Program-made: the position numbers and the translations under genes
Shown here: in pieces, positions 25,824 to 37,600 of the stretch
Numbering within the stretch: position 1 is the stretch's first letter
Layout: the number at the start of each line of letters is the position of its first letter
The notes under the pieces: model-generated
Database searches by the model: none
What the model was told of the DNA's origin: nothing
The model's input: only the letters and a program-made list of their open reading frames with translations
From: the human T2T-CHM13v2.0 reference genome, Homo sapiens
Direction: 5' to 3' (one strand)
DNA length: 64,000 bases
NCBI RefSeq assembly: GCF_009914755.1
Contig: NC_060941.1

Positions 25824-26742
25824 GGGATAATGGCACTTCTTTGAGGCCTACCGTAGTAAAGGAAATAACTTCCTATAGAAAGAAGACAGAAGCTTTCTCA
25901 GAAAATCCTTTGGGATGATTGAGTGGAACTCACAGAGCTGAACATTCCTTGCGATGTAGCAGTTTAGAAACACACTTTCTGCAGAATCTGCAAGTGCATA
26001 TTTGGACCTCTCTGAGGAATTCGTTGGAAACGGGATAATTTCAGCTGACTAAACAGAAGCAGTCTCAGAATCTTCTTTGTGATGTTTGCATTCAAATCCC
26101 AGAGTTGAACTTTCCTTTCAAAGTTCACGTTTGAAACACTCTTTTTGCAGGATCTACAAGTGGATATTTGGACCACTCTGTGTCCTTCGTTCGAAACGGG
26201 TATATCTTCACATGACATCTAGACAGAAGCATTCTCAGAAGCTTCTCTGTGATGACTGCATTCAACTCACGGAGTTGAACACTCCTTTTGAGAGCGCAGT
26301 TTTGAAACTCTCTTTCTGTGGCATCTGCAAGGGGACATGTAGACCTCTTTGAAGATTTCGTTGGAAACGGAATCATCTTCACATAAAAACTATACAGATG
26401 CATTCTCAGGAACTTTTTGGTGATGTTTGTATTCAACTCCCAGAGTTGAACTTTCCTTTGGAAAGAGCAGCTATGAAACACTCTTTTTCTAGAATCTGCA
26501 AGTGGACGTTTGGAGGGCTTTGTGGTTTGTGGTGGAAAAGGAAATATCTTCACCTAAATACTAGATAGAAGCATTCTCAGAAACTGCTTTGTGATGATTG
26601 CATTCACCTCACAGAGTTGAACATTCCTATTGATAGAGCAGTTTGGAAACACTCTTGTTGTGGAATGTGCAAGTGGAGATTTGGAGCGCTTTGAGGCCTA
26701 TGGTAGTAAAGGGAATAGCTTCATAGAAAAACTAGACAGAAG

Positions 26743-29122
26743 CATTCTCAGAAAATACTTTGTGATGATTGAGTTTAACTCACAGAGCTGAACATTCCTT
26801 TGGATGGAGCAGGTTTGAGACACACTTTTTGTAGAATCTACAAGTGGATATTTGGACCTCTCTGAGGATTTCGTTGGAAACGCGATAACTGCACCTAACT
26901 AAACGGAAGCATTCTCAGAAACTTCTTTGTGATGTTTGCATTCAAATCCCAGAGTTGAACCTTCCTGTGATAGTTCAGGTTTGAATCACTCTTTTTGTAG
27001 GATCTGCAAGTGGATATTTGGACCACTCTGTGGCCTTCGTTCGAAACGGGTACATCTTCACATAAAATCTAGACAGAAGCCTTCTCAGAAACTTCTCTGT
27101 GATGATTGCATTCAACTCACAGATTTGAACCCTCCTATGGATAGAGCATTGTTGAAACTCTCTTTTTGTGGAATCTGCAAGTGGATATGTGGACCTCTCC
27201 GAAGATGTCTTTGGAAACGGGAATGTCTTCACATAAAAACTAAACAGAAGCATTCTCAGAAACTTCTCTGTGATGTTTGTGTTCAACTCCCAGAGTTTCA
27301 CATTGCTTTTCATAGAGTAGTTCTGAAACATGCTTTTCGTAGTGTCTGCAAGTGGACATTTGGAGCGCTTTCAGGCCTGTGGTGGAAAACCAATTATGGT
27401 CCCATAAAAACTGGAGAGAAGCATTGTCAGAAACTTCTTTGTGACGATTGCATTCAACTCACAGAGATGAAGGTTCCTTTACAAACAGCAGTTTCCAAAC
27501 ACTCTTTCTGTGGAATCTGCAAGTGGATATTTGGACCTCTTTGAAGATTTCGTTGGAAACGGGAGAATCTTCACAGAAAAGCTAAACAGAAGCATTCTCA
27601 GAAACTTCTTTGTGATGCTTGCATTCAACTCACAGAGTTGAACTTTCCTTTCGAGAGAGAAGCTTTGAAACACTCTTTTTCCAGAATCTGCAAGTGGACA
27701 TTTGGAGGGCTTTGAGGCCTGTGGTGGAAAAGGAATTAACTTCCCGTAAAAGCTAGATAGAAGCATTCTCAGAAACTACTTTGTGATGATTGCATTCAAG
27801 TCACAGAGTTGAACATTCCCTTCGACAGAGCAGTTTGGAAACTCTCTTTGTGTATAATCTGCAAGTGGAGATATGGACCGCTTTGAGGCCTATGGTAGTA
27901 AAGGAAATAGCTTCATATAAAAGCTAGACAGTAGCATTCACAGAAAACTCTTGTTGACGACTGAGTTTAACTCACAGAGCTGAACATTCCTTTGGATGGA
28001 GCAGTTTCGAAACACACTATCTGTAGAATGTGCAAGTGGATATTTGGGCCTCTCTGAGGATTTCGTTGGAAACGGGATAAACCGCACAGAACTAAACAGA
28101 AGCATTCTCAGAACCTTCTTCGTGATGTCTGCATTCAACTCACAGTGTGGAACCTTTCTTTGATAGTTCAGGTTTGAAACACTCTTTTTGTAGAAACTGC
28201 AAGGGGATAATTGCACTTCTTTGAGGCCTACCGTAGTAAAGGAAATAACTTCCTATAAAAAGAAGTCATAAGCTTTCTCAGAAAATTCTTTTGGATGATT
28301 GAGTGGAACTCACAGAGCTGAACATTCCTTGTGATGTAGCAGTTTAGAAACACACTTTCTGCAGAATCTGCAAGTGCATATTTGGTCCTCTCTGAGGAAT
28401 TCGTTGGAAACCGGATAATTTCAGCTGACTAAACAGAAGCAGTCTCAGAATCTTCTTTGTGATGTTTGCATTCAAATCCCAGAGTTGAACTTTCCTTTCA
28501 AAGTTCACGTTTGAAACACTCTTTTTGCAGGATCTACAAGTGGATATTTGGACCACTCTGTGTCCTTCGTTCGAAACGGGTATATCTTCACATGACATCT
28601 AGACAGAAGCATTCTCAGAAGCTTCTCTGTGATGACTGCATTCAACTCACGGAGTTGAACACTCCTTTTGAGAGCGCAGTTTTGAAACTCTCTTTCTGTG
28701 GCATCTGCAAGGGGACATGTAGACCTCTTTGAAGATTTCGTTGGAAACGGAATCATCTTCACATAAAAACTATACAGATGCATTCTCAGGAACTTTTTGG
28801 TGATGTTTGTATTCAACTCCCAGAGTTGAACTTTCCTTTGGAAAGAGCAGCTATGAAACACTCTTTTTCTAGAATCTGCAAGTGGACGTTTGGAGGGCTT
28901 TGTGGTTTGTGGTGGAAAAGGAAATATCTTCACCTAAATACTAGATAGAAGCATTCTCAGAAACTGCTTTGTGATGATTGCATTCACCTCACAGAGTTGA
29001 ACATTCCTATTGATAGAGCAGTTTGGAAACACTCTTGTTGTGGAATGTGCAAGTGGAGATTTGGAGCGCTTTGAGGCCTATGGTAGTAAAGGGAATAGCT
29101 TCATAGAAAAATTAGACAGAAG
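26743..29122 (+). repeat. 14-mer variant (2380 bp) of the D17Z1-type HOR
   Basis: Period 2380, with only one GGGATAAACCGCACAGAACT unit (box at 28061). Most alleles are of the 16-mer family. Confidence 0.9.
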
Positions 29123-31670
29123 CATTCTCAGAAAATACTTTGTGATGATTGAGTTTAACTCACAGAGCTGAACATTCCTTTGGATGGAGCAGGTTTGAGA
29201 CACACTTTTTGTAGAATCTACAAGTGGATATTTGGACCTCTCTGAGGATTTCGTTGGAAACGCGATAACTGCACCTAACTACACGGAAGCATTCTCAGAA
29301 ACTTCTTGGTGATGTTTGCATTCAAATCCCAGAGTTGAACCTTCCTTTGATAGTTCAGGTTTGAAACACTCTTTTTGTAGGATCTGCAAGTGGATATTTG
29401 TACCACTCTGTGGCCTTCGTTCGAAACGGGTACATCTTCACATAAAATCTAGACAGAAGCCTTCTCAGAAACTTCTCTGTGATGATTGCATTCAACTCAC
29501 AGAGTTGAACCGTCCTATGGATAGAGCAGTGTTGAAACTCTCTTTTTGTGGAATCTGCAAGTGGATATGTGGACCTCTCCGAAGATGTCTTTGGAAACGG
29601 GAATATCTTCACATAAAAACTAAACAGAAGCATTCTCAGAAACTTCTCTGTGATGTTTGTGTTCAACTCCCAGAGTTTCACATTGCTTCTCATAGAGTAG
29701 TTCTGAAACATGCTTTTCGTAGTGTCTGCAAGTGGACATTTGGAGCGCTTTCAGGCCTGTGGTGGAAAACGAATTATGGTCCCATAAAAACTGGAGAGAA
29801 GCATTGTCAGAAACTTCTTTGTGATGATTGCATTCAAATCACAGAGTTGAAGGTTCCTTTTCAAACAGCAGTTTCCAAACACTCTTTCTGTGGAATCTGC
29901 AAGTGGATATTTGGACCTCTTTGAAGATTTCGTTGGAAACGGGAAAGTCTTCACAGAAAAGTTAAACAGAAGCATTCTCAGAAACTTCTTTGTGATGCTT
30001 GCATTCAACTCACAGAGTTGAAATTTCCTTTCGAGAGAGAAGCTTTGAAACACTCTTTTTCCAGAATCTGCAAGTGGACATTTTGAGGGCTTTGAGGCCT
30101 GTGGTGGAAAAGGAATTATCTTCCCGTAAAAGCTAGATAGAAGCATTCTCAGAAACTACTTTGTGATGATTGCATTCAAGTCACAGAGCTGAACATTCCC
30201 TTTGACAGAGCAGTTTGGAAACTCTCTTTGTGTAGAATCTGCAAGTGGAGATATGGAAGGCTTTGAGGACTATGGTAGTAAAGGAAATAGCTTCATATAA
30301 AAGCTAGACCTTAGCATTCACAGAAAACTCTTGGTGACGACTGAGTTTAACACACAGAGCTGAATATTCCTTTGGATGGAGCAGTTTCTAAACACACTAT
30401 TTGTAGGATCGGCAAGTGGATATGTGGGCCTCTCTGAGGATTTCGTTGGAAACGGGATAAACCGCACAGAACTAAAACAGAAGCATTCTCAGAACCCTCT
30501 TCGTGATGTTTGCATTCAACTCACAGTGCTGAACCTTTCTTTGATAGTTCAGCTTTGAAACACTCTTCTTGTAGAAACTGCAAGTGGATATTTGGTCCTC
30601 TCTGAGGATTTCGTTGGAAACGGGATAAACCGCACAGAACTAAACAGAAGCATTCTCAGAACCTTCTTCGTGATGTCTGCATTCAACTCACAGTGTGGAA
30701 CCTTTCTTTGATAGTTCAGGTTTGAAACACTCTTTTTGTAGAAACTGCAAGGGGATAATTGCACTTCTTTGAGGCCTACCGTAGTAAAGGAAATAACTTC
30801 CTATAGAAAGAAGACAGAAGCTTTCTCAGAAAATTCTTTGGGATGATTGAGTGGAACTCACAGAGCTGAACATTCCTTGCGATGTAGCAGTTTAGAAACA
30901 CACTTTCTGCAGAATCTGCAAGTGCATATTTGGACCTCTCTGAGGAATTCGTTGGAAACGGGATAATTTCAGCTGACTAAACAGAAGCAGTCTCAGAATC
31001 TTCTTTGTGATGTTTGCATTCAAATCCCAGAGTTGAACTTTCCTTTCAAAGTTCACGTTTGAAACACTCTTTTTGCAGGATCTACAAGTGGATATTTGGA
31101 CCACTCTGTGTCCTTCGTTCGAAACGGGTATATCTTCACATGACATCTAGACAGAAGCATTCTCAGAAGCTTCTCTGTGATGACTGCATTCAACTCACGG
31201 AGTTGAACACTCCTTTTGAGAGCGCAGTTTTGAAACTCTCTTTCTGTGGCATCTGCAAGGGGACATGTAGACCTCTTTGAAGATTTCGTTGGAAACGGAA
31301 TCATCTTCACATAAAAACTATACAGATGCATTCTCAGGAACTTTTTGGTGATGTTTGTATTCAACTCCCAGAGTTGAACTTTCCTTTGGAAAGAGCAGCT
31401 ATGAAACACTCTTTTTCTAGAATCTGCAAGTGGACGTTTGGAGGGCTTTGTGGTTTGTGGTGGAAAAGGAAATATCTTCACCTAAATACTAGATAGAAGC
31501 ATTCTCAGAAACTGCTTTGTGATGATTGCATTCACCTCACAGAGTTGAACATTCCTATTGATAGAGCAGTTTGGAAACACTCTTGTTGTGGAATGTGCAA
31601 GTGGAGATTTGGAGCGCTTTGAGGCCTATGGTAGTAAAGGGAATAGCTTCATAGAAAAACTAGACAGAAG
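29123..31670 (+). repeat. 15-mer variant (2548 bp) of the D17Z1-type HOR
   Basis: Period 2548, with two amplified units (boxes at 30441 and 30609). It lacks the monomer marked by GAAACGGTCTTTC...GCAAGTAGAT. Confidence 0.9.
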
Positions 31671-34600
31671 CATTCTCAGAAAATACTTTGTGATGATTGA
31701 GTTTAACTCACAGAGCTGAACATTCCTTTGGATGGAGCAGGTTTGAGACACACTTTTTGTAGAATCTACAAGTGGATATTTGGACCTCTCTGAGGATTTC
31801 GTTGGAAACGCGATAACTGCACCTAACTAAACGGAAGCATTCTCAGAAACTTCTTGGTGATGTTTGCATTCCAATCCCAGAGTTGAACCTTCCTGTGATA
31901 GTTCAGGTTTGAAACACTCTTTTTGTAGGATCTGCAAGTGGATATTTGGACCACTCTGTGGCCTTCGTTCGAAACGGGTACATCTTCACATAAAATCTAG
32001 ACAGAAGCCTTCTCAGAAACTTCTCTGTGATGATTGCATTCAAGTCACAGATTTGAACCCTCCTATGGATAGAGCATTGTTGAAACTCTCTTTTTGTGGA
32101 ATCTGCAAGTGGATATGTGGACCTCTCCGAAGATGTCTTTGGAAACGGGAATATCTTCGCATAAAAACTAAACAGAAGCATCCTCAGAAACTTCTCTGTG
32201 ATGTTTGTGTTCAACTCCCAGAGTTTCACATTGCTTTTCATAGAGTAGTTCTGAAACATGCTTTTCGTAGTGTCTGCAAGTGGACATTTGGAGCGCTTTC
32301 AGGCCTGTGGTGGAAAACGAATTATGGTCCCATAAAAACTGGAGGGAAGCATTGTCAGAAACTTCTTTGTCACGATTGCATTCAACTCACAGAGATGAAG
32401 GTTCTTTACAAACAGCAGTTTCCAAACACTCTTTCTGTGGAATCTGCAAGTGGATATTTGGACCTCTTTGAAGATTTCGTTGGAAACGGGAGAATCTTCA
32501 CAGAAAAGCTAAACAGAAGCATTCTCAGAAACTTCTTTGTGATGCTTGCATTCAACTCACAGAGTTGAACTTTCCTTTCGAGAGAGAAGCTTTGAAACAC
32601 TCTTTTTCCAGAATCTGCAAGTGGACATTTGGAGGGCTTTGAGGCCTGTGGTGGAAAAGGAATTAACTTCCCGTAAAAGCTAGATAGAAGCATTCTCAGA
32701 AACTACTTTGTGATGATTGCATTCAAGTCACAGAGTTGAACATTCCCTTTGACAGAGCAGTTTGGAAACTCTCTTTGTGTAGAATCTGCAAGTGGAGATA
32801 TGGACCGCTTTGAGGCCTATGGTAGTAAAGGAAATAGCTTCATATAAAAGCTAGACAGTAGCATTCACAGAAAACTCTTGGTGACGACTGAGTTTAACTC
32901 ACAGAGCTGAACATTCCTTTGGATGGAGCAGTTTCGAAACACACTATTTGTAGAATGTGCAAGTGGATATTTGGGCCTCTCTGAGGATTTCGTTGGAAAC
33001 GGGATAAACCGCACAGAACTAAACAGAAGCATTCTCAGAACCTTCTTCGTGATGTTTGCATTCAACTCACAGTGTTGAACCTTTCTTTGATAGTTCAGGT
33101 TTGAAACGGTCTTTCTGTAGAAACTGCAAGTAGATATTTGGACCTCTCTGAGGATTTCGTTGGAAACGGGATAAACCGCACAGAACTAAAACAGAAGCAT
33201 TCTCAGAACCCTCTTCGTGATGTTTGCATTCAACTCACAGTGCTGAACCTTTCTTTGATAGTTCAGCTTTGAAACACTCTTCTTGTAGAAACTGCAAGTG
33301 GATATTTGGTCCTCTCTGAGGATTTCGTTGGAAACGGGATAAACCGCACAGAACTAAACAGAAGCATTCTCAGAACCTTCTTCGTGATGTCTGCATTCAA
33401 CTCACAGTGTGGAACCTTTCTTTGATAGTTCAGGTTTGAAACACTCTTTTTGTAGAAACTGCAAGGGGATAATTGCACTTCTTTGAGGCCTACCGTAGTA
33501 AAGGAAATAACTTCCTATAGAAAGAAGACAGAAGCTTTCTCAGAAAATTCTTTGGGATGATTGAGTGGAACTCACAGAGCTGAACATTCCTTGCGATGTA
33601 GCAGTTTAGAAACACACTTTCTGCAGAATCTGCAAGTGCATATTTGGACCTCTCTGAGGAATTCGTTGGAAACGGGATAATTTCAGCTGACTAAACAGAA
33701 GCAGTCTCAGAATCTTCTTTGTGATGTTTGCATTCAAATCCCAGAGTTGAACTTTCCTTTCAAAGTTCACGTTTGAAACACTCTTTTTGCAGGATCTACA
33801 AGTGGATATTTGGACCACTCTGTGTCCTTCGTTCGAAACGGGTATATCTTCACATGACATCTAGACAGAAGCATTCTCAGAAGCTTCTCTGTGATGACTG
33901 CATTCAACTCACGGAGTTGAACACTCCTTTTGAGAGCGCAGTTTTGAAACTCTCTTTCTGTGGCATCTGCAAGGGGACATGTAGACCTCTTTGAAGATTT
34001 CGTTGGAAACGGAATCATCTTCACATAAAAACTATACAGATGCATTCTCAGGAACTTTTTGGTGATGTTTGTATTCAACTCCCAGAGTTGAACTTTCCTT
34101 TGGAAAGAGCAGCTATGAAACACTCTTTTTCTAGAATCTGCAAGTGGACGTTTGGAGGGCTTTGTGGTTTGTGGTGGAAAAGGAAATATCTTCACCTAAA
34201 TACTAGATAGAAGCATTCTCAGAAACTGCTTTGTGATGATTGCATTCACCTCACAGAGTTGAACATTCCTATTGATAGAGCAGTTTGGAAACACTCTTGT
34301 TGTGGAATGTGCAAGTGGAGATTTGGAGCGCTTTGAGGCCTATGGTAGTAAAGGGAATAGCTTCATAGAAAAACTAGACAGAAGCATTCTCAGAAAATAC
34401 TTTGTGATGATTGAGTTTAACTCACAGAGCTGAACATTCCTTTGGATGGAGCAGGTTTGAGACACACTTTTTGTAGAATCTACAAGTGGATATTGGGACC
34501 TCTCTGAGGATTTCGTTGGAAACGCGATAACTGCACCTAACTAAACGGAAGCATTCTCAGAAACTTCTTGGTGATGTTTGCATTCCAATCCCAGAGTTGA

Positions 34601-37600
34601 ACCTTCCTGTGATAGTTCAGGTTTGAAACACTCTTTTTGTAGGATCTGCAAGTGGATATTTGGACCACTCTGTGGCCTTCGTTCGAAACGGGTACATCTT
34701 CACATAAAATCTAGACAGAAGCCTTCTCAGAAACTTCTCTGTGATGATTGCATTCAACTCACAGATTTGAACCCTCCTATGGATAGAGCATTGTTGAAAC
34801 TCTCTTTTTGTGGAATCTGCAAGTGGATATGTGGACCTCTCCGAAGATGTCTTTGGAAACGGGAATATCTTCGCATAAAAACTAAACAGAAGCATCCTCA
34901 GAAACTTCTCTGTGATGTTTGTGTTCAACTCCCAGAGTTTCACATTGCTTTTCATAGAGTAGTTCTGAAACATGCTTTTCGTAGTGTCTGCAAGTGGACA
35001 TTTGGAGCGCTTTCAGGCCTGTGGTGGAAAACGAATTATGGTCCCATAAAAACTGGAGGGAAGCATTGTCAGAAACTTCTTTGTCACGATTGCATTCAAC
35101 TCACAGAGATGAAGGTTCCTTTACAAACAGCAGTTTCCAAACACTCTTTCTGTGGAATCTGCAAGTGGATATTTGGACCTCTTTGAAGATTTCGTTGGAA
35201 ACGGGAGAATCTTCACAGAAAAGCTAAACAGAAGCATTCTCAGAAACTTCTTTGTGATGCTTGCATTCAACTCACAGAGTTGAACTTTCCTTTCGAGAGA
35301 GAAGCTTTGAAACACTCTTTTTCCAGAATCTGCAAGTGGACATTTGGAGGGCTTTGAGGCCTGTGGTGGAAAAGGAATTAACTTCCCGTAAAAGCTAGAT
35401 AGAAGCATTCTCAGAAACTACTTTGTGATGATTGCATTCAAGTCACAGAGTTGAACATTCCCTTTGACAGAGCAGTTTGGAAACTCTCTTTGTGTAGAAT
35501 CTGCAAGTGGAGATATGGACCGCTTTGAGGCCTATGGTAGTAAAGGAAATAGCTTCATATAAAAGCTAGACAGTAGCATTCACAGAAAACTCTTGGTGAC
35601 GACTGAGTTTAACTCACAGAGCTGAACATTCCTTTGGATGGAGCAGTTTCGAAACACACTATTTGTAGAATGTGCAAGTGGATATTTGGGCCTCTCTGAG
35701 GATTTCGTTGGAAACGGGATAAACCGCACAGAACTAAACAGAAGCATTCTCAGAACCTTCTTCGTGATGTTTGCATTCAACTCACAGTGTTGAACCTTTC
35801 TTTGATAGTTCAGGTTTGAAACGGTCTTTCTGTAGAAACTGCAAGTAGATATTTGGACCTCTCTGAGGATTTCGTTGGAAACGGGATAAACCGCACAGAA
35901 CTAAAACAGAAGCATTCTCAGAACCCTCTTCGTGATGTTTGCATTCAACTCACAGTGCTGAACCTTTCTTTGATAGTTCAGCTTTGAAACACTCTTCTTG
36001 TAGAAACTGCAAGTGGATATTTGGTCCTCTCTGAGGATTTCGTTGGAAACGGGATAAACCGCACAGAACTAAACAGAAGCATTCTCAGAACCTTCTTCGT
36101 GATGTCTGCATTCAACTCACAGTGTGGAACCTTTCTTTGATAGTTCAGGTTTGAAACACTCTTTTTGTAGAAACTGCAAGGGGATAATTGCACTTCTTTG
36201 AGGCCTACCGTAGTAAAGGAAATAACTTCCTATAGAAAGAAGACAGAAGCTTTCTCAGAAAATTCTTTGGGATGATTGAGTGGAACTCACAGAGCTGAAC
36301 ATTCCTTGCGATGTAGCAGTTTAGAAACACACTTTCTGCAGAATCTGCAAGTGCATATTTGGACCTCTCTGAGGAATTCGTTGGAAACGGGATAATTTCA
36401 GCTGACTAAACAGAAGCAGTCTCAGAATCTTCTTTGTGATGTTTGCATTCAAATCCCAGAGTTGAACTTTCCTTTCAAAGTTCACGTTTGAAACACTCTT
36501 TTTGCAGGATCTACAAGTGGATATTTGGACCACTCTGTGTCCTTCGTTCGAAACGGGTATATCTTCACATGACATCTAGACAGAAGCATTCTCAGAAGCT
36601 TCTCTGTGATGACTGCATTCAACTCACGGAGTTGAACACTCCTTTTGAGAGCGCAGTTTTGAAACTCTCTTTCTGTGGCATCTGCAAGGGGACATGTAGA
36701 CCTCTTTGAAGATTTCGTTGGAAACGGAATCATCTTCACATAAAAACTATACAGATGCATTCTCAGGAACTTTTTGGTGATGTTTGTATTCAACTCCCAG
36801 AGTTGAACTTTCCTTTGGAAAGAGCAGCTATGAAACACTCTTTTTCTAGAATCTGCAAGTGGACGTTTGGAGGGCTTTGTGGTTTGTGGTGGAAAAGGAA
36901 ATATCTTCACCTAAATACTAGATAGAAGCATTCTCAGAAACTGCTTTGTGATGATTGCATTCACCTCACAGAGTTGAACATTCCTATTGATAGAGCAGTT
37001 TGGAAACACTCTTGTTGTGGAATGTGCAAGTGGAGATTTGGAGCGCTTTGAGGCCTATGGTAGTAAAGGGAATAGCTTCATAGAAAAACTAGACTGAAGC
37101 ATTCTCAGAAAATACTTTGTGATGATTGAGTTTAACTCACAGAGCTGAACATTCCTTTGGATGGAGCAGGTTTGAGACACACTTTTTGTAGAATCTACAA
37201 GTGGATATTTGGACCTCTCTGAGGATTTCGTTGGAAACGCGATAACTGCACCTAACTAAACGGAAGCATTCTCAGAAACTTCTTGGTGATGTTTGCATTC
37301 AAATCCCAGAGTTGAACCTTCCTGTGATAGTTCAGGTTTGAAACACTCTTTTTGTAGGATCTGCAAGTGGATATTTGGACCACTCTGTGGCCTTCGTTCG
37401 AAACGGGTACATCTTCACATAAAATCTAGACAGAAGCCTTCTCAGAAACTTCTCTGTGATGATTGCATTCAACTCACAGATTTGAACCCTCCTATGGATA
37501 GAGCATTGTTGAAACTCTCTTTTTGTGGAATCTGCAAGTGGATATGTGGACCTCTCCGAAGATGTCTTTGGAAACGGGAATATCTTCGCATAAAAACTAA

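Larger units (their letters stand above)
24028..26742 (+). repeat. First complete 16-mer HOR (2715 bp)
   Basis: Three copies of the amplified unit, with boxes at 25346, 25513 and 25681. Confidence 0.92.
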
